Assembly (NCBI GenBank): GCA_937996665.1
Contig: CALKUU010000263.1
Location: forward strand, 1,337-65,336
Direction of reading: 5' to 3'
Length of the DNA stretch: 64,000 nt
DNA from: an uncultured Xenococcaceae cyanobacterium
GTDB lineage: Bacteria > Cyanobacteriota > Cyanobacteriia > Cyanobacteriales > Xenococcaceae
The translations under genes and the position numbers were made by a program. This document shows positions 40,055 to 50,466 of this stretch, piece by piece. A model generated the notes under the pieces. It did no database searches. It was given only the letters and a program-made list of their open reading frames with translations, and was not told the DNA's origin. Every line of letters starts with the position of its first letter. Positions within the stretch are counted from its first letter, which is position 1.

Positions 40055-42622
40055 CTAATCGATATTAATTGGATCGACATCTATTGTGATGCTGACCGAT
40101 GAAAGACAGTGTTTTTTGAGAACTTTTAATTGTGATAGGTCGCGGTTAGATGATTCTTTATTGGGGACGGTGGTGTTTTTAAGAAGTATTTGCCAGCGAT
40201 AGCGGAGGGCAACTCGAAAAATACTGGCGGGTGCTGGGCCTAAGATATCCCAGGAGTCGTCGAGAAGGTCTATGCAGGCAGAAGCGATCGCCTCTGCACT
40301 CTTTTGAACATCTTGTTCTTTGGTGCTGCTTAAACGAATTAGAACTAGACTGCCATAGGGCGGATAATTGAGTACTGATCTTTGTTCCAGCTCATTGCTG
40401 CTAAAGCTGAGATAATCATGATTTTTAACTGCTTGAATGACTGGATGTTCTGGGGAATAGGTTTGGATAATTACGCGCCCTGCTTCTGAGCCTCGTCCTG
40501 CTCGTCCTGCTACTTGAGTTAGGGTTTGAAAGGCTCTTTCCGCTGCGCGATAGTCGGAACGATGCAATAGTCCATCGGCAGAAACAACCCCTACCAAGGT
40601 AATTCCTTCAATATCTAGACCTTTGGTAAGCATTTGGGTACCAATTAAGATGTCTGCTTCTTTGGCTGTGAACTGGGCGATTAGATCCCGATGGGCATTT
40701 TTTCTGCTGGTAGTGTCGCTATCAAAGCGGATCGTTTTAAGATCGGGAAATAGCCTCTGAATTTCTTGGGTTACCTTTTGGGTGCCACTCCCAAAGAATT
40801 TTAGATAGGGAGATGAGCATTCAGGACAGATTTTTGGTTGTAAGCTACTGAAGTTGCAATAGTGACATCGCAAAAGTTTGGCAGAGTTTTCATGGGCGTG
40901 ATGGAACGAGAGAGAAACATCGCAATGAGGGCATTCCATTACAAATCCACAACTACGGCAAGAAACAAATGTGCTGTGACCCCGACGAGGAATAAATAAA
41001 ATTGCTTGTTGCTGTTTCTCCTGAATTTCGAGAATTGCTTGTTGTAGATCTAGGCTAAAAATCGATTTATTGCCTCGACTTAGCTGATCTCGCATGTCGA
41101 CGATTTTAACTGGGGGGAGCGATCGCGAGGAAATTCTGTTGGGCAGAGATAGGTAATGATTGTGATTATTTTTAGGTTCGGGTATAGATGCGTTATCTTT
41201 TTTAGCCTGATTAGTAAAGGTTTCCCAATAGGTTTCTAGTGAAGGAGTCGCAGAACCTAGGATTAAGGTGCAGTCATTTAATTGCGCTCTCCAGTCAGCA
41301 ACATTGCGAGCATGATAGGTAGGAGTAGGTCGATTTTGCTTGAAGCTAGAATCGTGTTCCTCGTCAAGAATGAGCAGTCCTAAGTGGGGTAAAGGCGCAA
41401 AAACAGCCGATCTTGTGCCAATGATTATTTGGGGTTCACCCAAGAGTGTTTGTCGCCAGGTGTCATATTTTTCGCCAGCAGAAAGCTTACTATGATAAAC
41501 ACAAACTTGCTCGCCAAAGCGGGCGCGAAAACGATCTGTTAGCTGAGGGGTTAAGCCGATTTCGGGGACTAGAACTAAAGCTGATTTGCCTTGATCTAAA
41601 ACAGGTGCGATCGCCTGTAAATAAACTTCTGTTTTTCCCGATCCCGTAACTCCGTGTAAAAGTATTTTGCCATAACCCACTTGGTTATTAATCTGCTTGA
41701 GTGCCTTAGCCTGATCTGGGCTAAGTTTTTTGGGAAGATCCCGACCCTGATCGTTGCCCTGCTCTTTACGGAGAACTTCTCGTTCAGAAAAGGCAAGATA
41801 TTCTAGTTCTGCCAGTTTTTTGAGAGTAGTAGTTGTTGTTTTTGCTTTTTGAATCAGGTCGGTTTTGTCCATAGCTCCTCCCTGACTTTTGAGGATCTGC
41901 AAAATTTCTGCTTGTCTGCTGGTCAAATCCTCAAGCCAGACTTGCTTAACCAAAGTCACTACCGTGGTTAGTTTTGCTTGAACTCTTTGTGGCTCCTCTA
42001 AATAGCTTTCTATCCACTGACGCTTTGTTAACTCTTTAATCCCTTGGGTTGCCTTGCGAACTTTTTGGCGAAGATATCTAACACTGTAATCCCCAGTCTT
42101 TTGTCTTTGCAGAAGTTGGAGAATGTCTTGCGCCGCAGGAGAGCAATAAGTCTCGGCTTTGGGTGGTAATTTGGCTGTACACAACCTAATTCTTCTTTGC
42201 GATCGCCCCAGAAAACCGGGAGGTAAGGCAACCTTTAAGGTACTCATCAGGTCTGTTAAATAATATGTTGAGACCATTTGTAATAGAGACCAGTAGCGAT
42301 CAGGCAGGAGCTGAGAGCTGATTACTTCCTCAATCTTCCGAATCTCTTGATTTTTTAGGTCTTCTGAATAAATATTTTTTATTCTAATTACTAGTCCGCA
42401 AGTAGTTTGATACCCAAAAGGAACACTAACTATATCTCCTGTTCGAACCTGTAAATTTTCAGGAACAGAATATGTGTACAGTCCCTGGAGGTGAGGTACA
42501 TCAACCAAAACCTCCACTAAAGATTGATCGAGATCATGAGTTTTCTTGTCATTCTCTGGCAAACTTTTCTGCTCAAAAGATAAAGAAAGTTGATCTGCGA
42601 TCGGCAAATGATTGTTATCCAC
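40055..42622 (-). CDS. priA: Primosomal protein N'
   Basis: LHGVTGSGKTEVY, LDEEHD, four CxxC pairs, GTQMLTKGLD, QVAGRAGR. Confidence 0.97.
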   Translation of the reverse strand: MDNNHLPIADQLSLSFEQKSLPENDKKTHDLDQSLVEVLVDVPHLQGLYTYSVPENLQVRTGDIVSVPFGYQTTCGLVIRIKNIYSEDLKNQEIRKIEEVISSQLLPDRYWSLLQMVSTYYLTDLMSTLKVALPPGFLGRSQRRIRLCTAKLPPKAETYCSPAAQDILQLLQRQKTGDYSVRYLRQKVRKATQGIKELTKRQWIESYLEEPQRVQAKLTTVVTLVKQVWLEDLTSRQAEILQILKSQGGAMDKTDLIQKAKTTTTTLKKLAELEYLAFSEREVLRKEQGNDQGRDLPKKLSPDQAKALKQINNQVGYGKILLHGVTGSGKTEVYLQAIAPVLDQGKSALVLVPEIGLTPQLTDRFRARFGEQVCVYHSKLSAGEKYDTWRQTLLGEPQIIIGTRSAVFAPLPHLGLLILDEEHDSSFKQNRPTPTYHARNVADWRAQLNDCTLILGSATPSLETYWETFTNQAKKDNASIPEPKNNHNHYLSLPNRISSRSLPPVKIVDMRDQLSRGNKSIFSLDLQQAILEIQEKQQQAILFIPRRGHSTFVSCRSCGFVMECPHCDVSLSFHHAHENSAKLLRCHYCNFSSLQPKICPECSSPYLKFFGSGTQKVTQEIQRLFPDLKTIRFDSDTTSRKNAHRDLIAQFTAKEADILIGTQMLTKGLDIEGITLVGVVSADGLLHRSDYRAAERAFQTLTQVAGRAGRGSEAGRVIIQTYSPEHPVIQAVKNHDYLSFSSNELEQRSVLNYPPYGSLVLIRLSSTKEQDVQKSAEAIASACIDLLDDSWDILGPAPASIFRVALRYRWQILLKNTTVPNKESSNRDLSQLKVLKKHCLSSVSITIDVDPINID

Positions 42623-43107
42623 AAATTATAAACTTTGCTGTTTTAAATTATTACTTTTATGAGTAAGATTTCTTCGGTTGCTACTCAGGAAAAATTCATA
42701 GATTGAGAAAGTCTAAAATTTAGCTTTTAAAAAAATCTACAATCGAAAAAAATTTATATTTTTATAATCTATATATCCTCTAATTATTTAATAGGCGTTG
42801 CCAGATTGCCAAAAAACTAACAGAAATTTTAAGGGTTTGTTAAATAGCTAAAAATAACTTACTTAATTAGTCTGCAAATCGATAACTAATTAAGTTATTT
42901 TCTCTGTATTTTCTATAAATGTTCTTGTTGTAAAATACTGTGCTCTTCTTAAGATTTTATTTATATTGTGCTTCTTAATATCTAAGCTTTGTAAGAGTAA
43001 ATTCATGGACTTATTCGCTGAAACCCATTAGTAAAGGGATTTTCTCTTTTTAGAAGATAACTTTTTTAGCTGAAAACTTATTAAGCAAACATTTTAATTA
43101 TCATTTT

Positions 43108-43148
43108 GTAACTGTTTTCACAAAATCCTCAACTTTTTTTGTTATTGT
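43108..43148 (+). promoter_or_regulatory. Possible NtcA-type promoter upstream of sigE
   Basis: GTA-ACTGTTTT-CAC (one mismatch to GTA-N8-TAC), followed 21 nt later by TATTGT (TAN3T). Confidence 0.3.
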
Positions 43149-43512
43149 TAATAAATCAAGACAAAGAAAATAACAGTATTGTTTACTAACATAAATTGCT
43201 TCTGAAAATAGTTAAGATAATCTTTAGAGATTTAGACAAATTAACATTCATTAAGTCATAAACTAAGTTTAAATTACGGTTATCATCTTTAGCAACTAAA
43301 GATAGCTTCCCGTTTTTTACTTAGGGTTAGATGCATTTAGTTTTGCTACTTTTTCTAAGTAAATGGTTTCAAGCCTTGTTACTTAGAACTGTGAACTGCA
43401 ACTCATTCATTTTAATAAAAGCTATAGATTGTCCGAGAAATGATGCATCTTTGAAAGTTCTTTATTTCTTAACAAGTCGGCAATTTATTCTATAGATACC
43501 TAAAGAAAAACC

Positions 43513-44628
43513 ATGAGTACTACCAAAACAGCAGAACGAACCAATTACAATGGTTCCAATCGTCAATCTGATTATGAACCAGTTGATATCGATCTTAAGT
43601 TAGTTGAGGTTGAATTTTCTCCGGAAAATGAAAAAGGATTTGAATTAAAGGCGAGCAAGAGAAGTAAAGCAAGTTTAGAAGATAATATTGGTGCCTTTTT
43701 TAAGGAAATGGCTCGCTATCCTTTACTACAGTCAGATGAAGAAGTTACCTTGGCTCATGATGTCAAGTTAATGGTTGCGGTAGAGGATACTCGTCGGGAA
43801 CTTACTGAAGAGTTTGATCGTAAACCGTCCACAGCAGAATTAGTAGCTGCTCTTAATCTAGAGTCCGAACGTCAGTTGGAGCAGCGTCTATATCGCGGCA
43901 AAGTTGCTAAACGGAAGATGATTCGCTCTAATTTGCGCTTAGTCGTTTCTATTGCTAAGCGATATTTAAATCGAGGCGTTCCCTTTCTAGATCTCATTCA
44001 AGAGGGTGCGATCGGCTTAAATCGGGCTACAGAGAAATTTGATCCCAACAAAGGCTATAAATTTTCTACCTATGCTTATTGGTGGATTCGACAAGCGATT
44101 ACTCGGACGATCGCTAACGATGCGAGAACAATTCGTCTTCCAATTCATATCGTCGAAAAGCTCAATAAGTTGAAGAAAGCTCAAAGAACTCTTAAGCAGA
44201 CTCTACAACGCAATCCTACTGAAGACGAAATAGCAGAGGAGTTGAAAGTTTCTCCTGCCCAGTTGCGACAGTTGTTAGAGCTTCGTCGTCAGTCTCTATC
44301 TCTAAATCATCGAGTAGGTAAGGCTGAGGATACTGAGCTTGTCGATTTATTGGAAGATGGCGATTTACAACTTCCTGAAGAGAAAATGAGCGAGGCGATG
44401 ATGCAACAGGAGATTTCTTTGGTTTTGGATGATGTCCTTACCCAAAGAGAAAAAGATGTTATCTCCTTGCGCTACGGTTTATGCACTAGCCAACCTTATA
44501 CCTTAGAGGAAGTTGGGGGGATGTTTAATCTCTCTAGAGAAAGAGTTAGACAGATTCAAAGTAAGGCGATGCGTAAACTCCGTCGTCCACAGGTTGCTCG
44601 CCGTTTACGTGGCTGGCTAAACAATTAG
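43513..44628 (+). CDS. sigE: Group 2 RNA polymerase sigma factor, SigE type
   Basis: [56 protein letters not shown]; divergent from priA. Confidence 0.85.
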   Translation: MSTTKTAERTNYNGSNRQSDYEPVDIDLKLVEVEFSPENEKGFELKASKRSKASLEDNIGAFFKEMARYPLLQSDEEVTLAHDVKLMVAVEDTRRELTEEFDRKPSTAELVAALNLESERQLEQRLYRGKVAKRKMIRSNLRLVVSIAKRYLNRGVPFLDLIQEGAIGLNRATEKFDPNKGYKFSTYAYWWIRQAITRTIANDARTIRLPIHIVEKLNKLKKAQRTLKQTLQRNPTEDEIAEELKVSPAQLRQLLELRRQSLSLNHRVGKAEDTELVDLLEDGDLQLPEEKMSEAMMQQEISLVLDDVLTQREKDVISLRYGLCTSQPYTLEEVGGMFNLSRERVRQIQSKAMRKLRRPQVARRLRGWLNN

Positions 44629-44681
44629 TTGGAGTGTTGAGAGAATTTAATATGGAAAAAAAGTTTTCTCCTCGCTCTACT

Positions 44682-44709
44682 GCCCCTACATCTGTAGGGG
44701 CTATTTTTT
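44682..44709 (+). terminator. Intrinsic terminator of sigE
   Basis: GCCCCTACA-TC-TGTAGGGGC followed by TATTTTTT. Confidence 0.65.
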
Positions 44710-44746
44710 TAGGATGGTTAAGTGACTTCTAATTAAATTATGTCAG

Positions 44747-45700
44747 TTAAAAACTATAGGATAGTCCGATAGAGACTATTGGGAAGATGTTGAACCCCTC
44801 TAGTTCATCTTCAATATCTCTTTCTTCTTCTTCAATACCATCTTCAATGTCTTGTCTGACCTCATCAGATATTAAACTCTCGTCAAGTTGAAAATTTGGA
44901 GAAAGATCTACATCTGGTGATCCAGGGAACATTACTCCTACATTTGCCCAAAATCTTAACCCTCCAGCGATCGGATTCCCCCAGCCTATGCCTATATAGG
45001 GAGCAAAGTTTCGCGAAGTAGAAACATCTGCATTCACGTCCAGTAAGTCGTCGACTGCGATATCAAATGTGCCAAGATCTACATCCTCAATAATGTCTGA
45101 AGCTGTTGCTACTCCATCCGCATTATTGTTGTTATAAACAACACCTAAACTGGTGTGGAAACCAGAGTTTTTGGCAGGGTAATAATCGATGGCAGTTAGA
45201 ATATTAAACAGGTTTACTTCAGAATCATAGGATGCCCTAGTCTCTTCATAGGTCAGATCAAAGCTAAACGCATTAATTCCCACTCGGGCATTGAGATTAG
45301 GATTTATTTTTGCCACAAGGGCACCACCAAGACCTAAGGTGCTTGCATTGGTCAAAATAGCCCAGTTATCGCCACTGCGAACTTGAGAAGGATCGGTTGG
45401 AGCTGGATTTGTTTTTTGAGTATCTGTGTCGATCGCTTCAGGTTCTTGCCCTTCACAGCGAGAATTAAAGGGGTAATTCCTACAGAATTTTTCCAAGTCT
45501 AGAGGTCTTTGTGCAATGGTATATTGATCTCTCAAATCCCATGTGGCTGATTGTACAGAGTAATTGGCTAATTTGACCTGTGTATTTAGTTGATTGCCAA
45601 AGTTAATTTCGGAAGCGATCGCTTTTTGGGTAGTAAAAGTCCCCAACCCAGCAGCTAGTGCCATCAATGAAATTCTAAGGATGCAGTTTTGATAACTCAC
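44747..45700 (-). CDS. Secreted/outer-membrane beta-barrel protein
   Basis: Signal-like N-terminus, LEKFCRNYPFNSRC segment, amphipathic strands (STLGLG...ARVGIN...PYIGIGWG), C-terminal GLSYSF. Confidence 0.7.
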   Translation of the reverse strand: MSYQNCILRISLMALAAGLGTFTTQKAIASEINFGNQLNTQVKLANYSVQSATWDLRDQYTIAQRPLDLEKFCRNYPFNSRCEGQEPEAIDTDTQKTNPAPTDPSQVRSGDNWAILTNASTLGLGGALVAKINPNLNARVGINAFSFDLTYEETRASYDSEVNLFNILTAIDYYPAKNSGFHTSLGVVYNNNNADGVATASDIIEDVDLGTFDIAVDDLLDVNADVSTSRNFAPYIGIGWGNPIAGGLRFWANVGVMFPGSPDVDLSPNFQLDESLISDEVRQDIEDGIEEEERDIEDELEGFNIFPIVSIGLSYSF

Positions 45701-46153
45701 TATAATTTCCTCTGGATTTTTAGATATCGAGTACAGTCGACTATTTGTTCATCAAATTTGATTTTTGGAGATTCTTCGTTGTCAGTAATAGCAATAATTT
45801 ATTGCTCGGAAATTCTACTTGAAAAAAAGTAAAAACTTTAGCAAGGCGCCAGTGAATGTCAGCCTTGATCGATGCATAAAATCTTAAGTCCGATTTGATC
45901 CATGTTTTATTTTTGCTAATTGGTTAAATTGTTTTTGAAGAGATACTTCCCAATCAGCTTGCAAACAAGGTGCTTTGATTACCTTTAGTTTGAGCTTTCT
46001 AACTTGACTATATAGTATATATACGGACTGAGCTGACGAGGATATTGTGTCTGCTCGATACAATAATTAATGTTTTGCGGCTAAACAAATTGGGTTTGAT
46101 TTCGGCACTTAAGCTAGCCACAGGTGAATATGGTCGATTGTATTCTCCCCAAA

Positions 46154-46197
46154 AATTTGAGTTCTTAGCTTAGTCCAGCAAGCTAAGAACTCAAATT
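46154..46197. repeat. Perfect 18-bp inverted repeat
   Basis: AATTTGAGTTCTTAGCTT-AGTCCAGC-AAGCTAAGAACTCAAATT. Confidence 0.85.
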
Positions 46198-46318
46198 AGG
46201 ATTGATGATAGCTCTGATTTAAGAGCTTAACCGAATCCCTAAACCTAAAAACTCAAGGACGATATCCTGAGATCGTTAAGGTTACTAGAATCTGCCAAAG
46301 TTAAGAAGGTGTTGCTTA

Positions 46319-48634
46319 CTACAGACTAGTGTCTTGGGTGGCAAAGATACTTTGCTCACTTGGGGTGCTTTCGATAATATTGCTATCGGTAAGACTGATC
46401 GGAGAAAGGGATTCAAAGGCAACACCCTGATTAGTAAAGATATCAGCTAAAAGGATATTACTTTCTATTGCAGCAGTCTCTACCTGATCTGTAAATAGGA
46501 ATGTTCCATTTTGGTTATTTTGTAGTTGATTGATCTCTTCTCCTGTTCCTGTGCCAGGTGCTGTGGCATAAAATTCGGGGATGTCTTCGCCTAATTCATT
46601 TAAACCTTGTCTGGCAAAACTATTTATCTGTGCCGAATCTTCTGCAAAAATTTCAGCTACTTCTTCTGCGGTTGCATATAAGAAAGTGCCTGGGTTTTCT
46701 AAACTGACAAGGCGGAAAAAGGGTATTAAGTTTTCCCCAGGAACAGCACTTGCTGTAAATGCAGGGTTAACGGAGCCATCTGCTTGTTGCCCATCAAGGG
46801 TAAAAATCTGATTTAAAGTGGGGTCATTGAGAATATTATTTCCTTCTTCAGCTTCAACAAAAACAAAAGCCCCTGTCTCAAAATTATTATTGCGAAAGCG
46901 AAATAATTCGATGGTATTAGGATTTTGATCTGAATCACTCAAGCCGATATTTGTTGCTGTTGCTTCGGTAATGAAGTTATCGGCATCACCCAAAATAACT
47001 CTACTGGTTGCACTTGGAGTATCGATCGCGTTCGAAACTGGATTTAAAATAATCTCATCAATACCATCTCCATTGAGATCTGATAAATCAGCAATACCAT
47101 TATTTGCTTCTGTTCCTGATATTTCAAGTGCGTTTGCTGTCGAACTACTCAGATCGATAGAAGATGCAAATCCTTCTTGACTGCCTAAAAGTACGAAACT
47201 GCTATCCGTTTCTGTCGTGCTACTAATTACCAAATCATCAATGTTATCTCCATTAACATCACCGACGATATCGCTCTCAAGAGTACTATTGGAGATAATA
47301 AAACCATTGCTGCCGTCTAAGCTATTCAAATCAAGGTTGCTTGGGAGCGTGGCTGCACCGAAAACCACAAAAGTTTGGTTTGTACTAGAATCTTGAAAAA
47401 CAAGATCTTCTAAACTATCTCCATTAATGTCGAGAGTCGTTGCAAGTTCTGCCGCTGAGTTAATTGCAAAACCAATGTTGCTACTAGGATCGTTGCTAAT
47501 GCTCGCTAAATCTAAACTAGACTGAATAAAATTTTCTGACCCAAAAACAACAAAGGTTTGATTCGTGACGAATTCTGTTCCTGGAAAATTATTGGGGCTG
47601 GATCTTTGAATTAGAATCTCACTAGTCCCATCGCCATTAATGTCTGCTATCAAAGAACCATTAAGGCGATCGCTACTTGTTGTTGACGAATCGTTAATTG
47701 CTAAACCTTCGCCGACTGCTAAATTGCCTAAGTCTAACTCAGCAGAAAATTGATTTTGCCCAAAAACAACCGTAACTTCTGGTTCAAGATCGTTAGTAAA
47801 AATCAAATCATCGAAATCATCTGCGGTTACATCCAATAACTCTCCGCTTAGAGTTACTGGGTTGTCGATTGTAAAACCATTGCTGCCGTCCAAATTGTCG
47901 ATATCAAAGTTGGCAGTAAAGATCTCAGGTCCAAAAACGACTCTAATTTCCGACTCATCTTGATCGATATCTGGAACTGGTGTTGGTTCGACAGGAATGA
48001 GGGGATCTAATGGCTCTGCTGGTTCTTCGGCTGTGGTGGGATCTATTAACTCACTGGTGACCACGAATACAAAGTCATCGATCCCATCATTATTAATATC
48101 TCCTTGTAGGGTTTGATCGCTACTCAATACAGAACTGTTACCACTGGTGACAACAAAGCCATTTGTGCCATTGATGGTATTCAGATTTGTTGTAGCCGAA
48201 AATTGATTATTGCCAAATAAGACACTAACTAAACTTTCTTCTCCATCAAGATCAGGAACTATAAAGCTAAGATCTTCTGAGCCATCTCCGTCGATGTCGT
48301 TGAAGTTGCTGAGGAAAGCTAGGTCATCGCTAAATATAAAGCCATTACTACCATTTAGATCAGCAAGATCTATTCCTGCTGGTAAAAAAGTATTGCCGAA
48401 GATAACAAATTGTTGTTGCGAAAACTCTGTTGCTGAACTTGGGGAAGTTATTTGACCGAATAGGTCATTGTTCCCGTCTCCATTAAGATCCGCCGGCGCG
48501 GCTAATACTAAAGCGGGGAGATTTCCCAAAAAAGGAATAGCTATTTCTGCATTAGCTTGGCTAGCTGCAATTCCGCTAATTAAAAGACTATTACTACTAT
48601 TAAGATCGTTTGTATTTATAGAGAATGTGGTCAT
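46319..48634 (-). CDS. Acidic FG-GAP/integrin-like repeat protein
   Basis: About eight DxxxDG-type Ca-binding motifs (DLNGDG, DIDGDG, DINNDG, DINGDG, DVNGD) alternating with DLxxLxGxNGF segments; C-terminal xxLFRFRN/PFFRL repeats. Confidence 0.75.
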   Translation of the reverse strand: MTTFSINTNDLNSSNSLLISGIAASQANAEIAIPFLGNLPALVLAAPADLNGDGNNDLFGQITSPSSATEFSQQQFVIFGNTFLPAGIDLADLNGSNGFIFSDDLAFLSNFNDIDGDGSEDLSFIVPDLDGEESLVSVLFGNNQFSATTNLNTINGTNGFVVTSGNSSVLSSDQTLQGDINNDGIDDFVFVVTSELIDPTTAEEPAEPLDPLIPVEPTPVPDIDQDESEIRVVFGPEIFTANFDIDNLDGSNGFTIDNPVTLSGELLDVTADDFDDLIFTNDLEPEVTVVFGQNQFSAELDLGNLAVGEGLAINDSSTTSSDRLNGSLIADINGDGTSEILIQRSSPNNFPGTEFVTNQTFVVFGSENFIQSSLDLASISNDPSSNIGFAINSAAELATTLDINGDSLEDLVFQDSSTNQTFVVFGAATLPSNLDLNSLDGSNGFIISNSTLESDIVGDVNGDNIDDLVISSTTETDSSFVLLGSQEGFASSIDLSSSTANALEISGTEANNGIADLSDLNGDGIDEIILNPVSNAIDTPSATSRVILGDADNFITEATATNIGLSDSDQNPNTIELFRFRNNNFETGAFVFVEAEEGNNILNDPTLNQIFTLDGQQADGSVNPAFTASAVPGENLIPFFRLVSLENPGTFLYATAEEVAEIFAEDSAQINSFARQGLNELGEDIPEFYATAPGTGTGEEINQLQNNQNGTFLFTDQVETAAIESNILLADIFTNQGVAFESLSPISLTDSNIIESTPSEQSIFATQDTSL

Positions 48635-49180
48635 GGTGGTTGTAGGTAATTATAGGTATTATTTCTTCTATCTTTAGTAATACATTATCCTGGCTAAGGA
48701 AATGGATGATAAATATTGATTACAAATAATCTATTGAATAAGACAAAAGCTATGGAGTTGTTTGGCGACTACTGATTTACAATCTAATTTGCCATAGGTA
48801 CTATTTTCCTTATTCTTTTGCGAAGAAGTTTGAGTTAGTTATGGCCGTTTTTTTTGTAATCAAACCAACCATAACTTAGGAATTATTCGGTAACAACTAT
48901 TCTGTTTTCTGCTCTGGCTAAGTTTTGAGTTAGTAATTTTTGAAAGATTCTGGTAATTGGTTAATCTTTAATGGGTAAAGCGATAATTTTTGATCTAATC
49001 TGAAGATGCGATCGCTGGCCGCGAAGCTTTACTTTTCGTTATTTTGTTACATTTTTGTTCAGTTAAATTGCTCAATTAAGCTATCTGCTATCTTTGCGGT
49101 TTGTCTTGTTTACTTCCTTTAGGGCGAGAGGTGTTCTCGAACAAGCTGTATTTTGAGTCGAAATTCAAAATTAATAATTT

Positions 49181-50440
49181 GTGATGGCTTATTATCTGGG
49201 AATCGATTTTGGCACATCGGGTGCGAGAGCAATTGTTATTAATCAAGATCGGCAAATTTGTCTGCAAGTCAGTCTTACTTTTGGGCAAGCGAGCTATGAT
49301 AATTTGTCTACTCATTGGCAAGAATTTTTAGCTTCACTTTTGTCCAAAATCGGCTTAGAAATTAGACAGCAAATTAGAGCGATCGCTATCAATGGAACTT
49401 CCTCGACTGTTTTGCTTTGCGATTCCCAAGGCAAGGCGATCGCCGAACCACTCTTCTATAACGATAGTCGTGGCAAATCTTGCTTAGATCAGATTCAGCA
49501 AATTGCTCCTGCTAATCACGTAGTTAATAGCTCTACTTCCAGCTTGGCAAAACTATTGTGGTATCAACAACAAGACTATTGGCAAGAGGAAAAATATTTT
49601 TTGCATCAAGCTGATTGGTTAGGCTTTTTGTTGCACGGCAAACTAGGTGTTAGTGATTATCACAATGCTTTGAAGTTGGGCTACGATCCTCAACTACTTA
49701 CCTATCCTAATTGGCTTCAGCAGCAGAGTTTTTATCCGCTTTTACCCGAAGTTTTCGCCCCGGGAACGCCTATCAAAGAAGTGACTCCTGAAATTAGCGA
49801 TCGCTTTGGCTTTCCCTCTGATTGTTTGGTTTGCACAGGAACAACAGATAGTATTGCTGCCTTTATTGCTAGCGGCGCAAATCAACCAGGAGAAGCTGTC
49901 ACTTCACTGGGTTCGACTTTGGTTCTAAAACTGTTGAGTAAAACGCCTGTTAGTGCTAGTCAGTATGGTATCTATAGCCACAGATTTCAAGATCTCTGGT
50001 TGACTGGTGGTGCTTCAAATACAGGTGGGGCAGTGCTAAAGTATTTTTTCTCTGACCCGCAATTAAAGCAACTCTCTGCTCAGATCGATCCCACCCAACT
50101 GAGTGACTTAGACTATTATCCTCTTCTTGAGCATGGAGAGAGATTTCCTGTTAATGATCCTAATTTAGCTCCTCGCTTAGAGCCTAGACCCAAGAGTGAT
50201 TCTGACTTCTTAGCTGGTTTACTCACTAGCATGGCAAGAATTGAAGCTCAAGGATATGCCAAATTGCAAAAGCTGGGAGCAAGTAAGCTCATCAAGGTCT
50301 ATACTGCTGGAGGTGGCGCTCAAAATAATACCTGGACAAAAATTCGGCAAAATCAACTGCAACTTCCTGTTTTAGTCGCTCCAGAAACTCAAGCGTCATA
50401 TGGCACGGCTTTACTAGCAATGCAAGGATCACATTCATAG
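49181..50440 (+). CDS. FGGY-family carbohydrate kinase
   Basis: YLGIDFGTSGAR, GTTDSIAA, SLGSTLVLK, TAGGGA. Confidence 0.9.
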   Translation: MMAYYLGIDFGTSGARAIVINQDRQICLQVSLTFGQASYDNLSTHWQEFLASLLSKIGLEIRQQIRAIAINGTSSTVLLCDSQGKAIAEPLFYNDSRGKSCLDQIQQIAPANHVVNSSTSSLAKLLWYQQQDYWQEEKYFLHQADWLGFLLHGKLGVSDYHNALKLGYDPQLLTYPNWLQQQSFYPLLPEVFAPGTPIKEVTPEISDRFGFPSDCLVCTGTTDSIAAFIASGANQPGEAVTSLGSTLVLKLLSKTPVSASQYGIYSHRFQDLWLTGGASNTGGAVLKYFFSDPQLKQLSAQIDPTQLSDLDYYPLLEHGERFPVNDPNLAPRLEPRPKSDSDFLAGLLTSMARIEAQGYAKLQKLGASKLIKVYTAGGGAQNNTWTKIRQNQLQLPVLVAPETQASYGTALLAMQGSHS

Positions 50441-50466
50441 TCTCAAAAGGAACTTAAGCTGTATTT

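Noticed and set aside
48850-48980. Possible periodic GTAA upstream of the FG-GAP gene
   Set aside because: Spacing is irregular (20-43 bp), unlike the strict 22-23 bp arrays.
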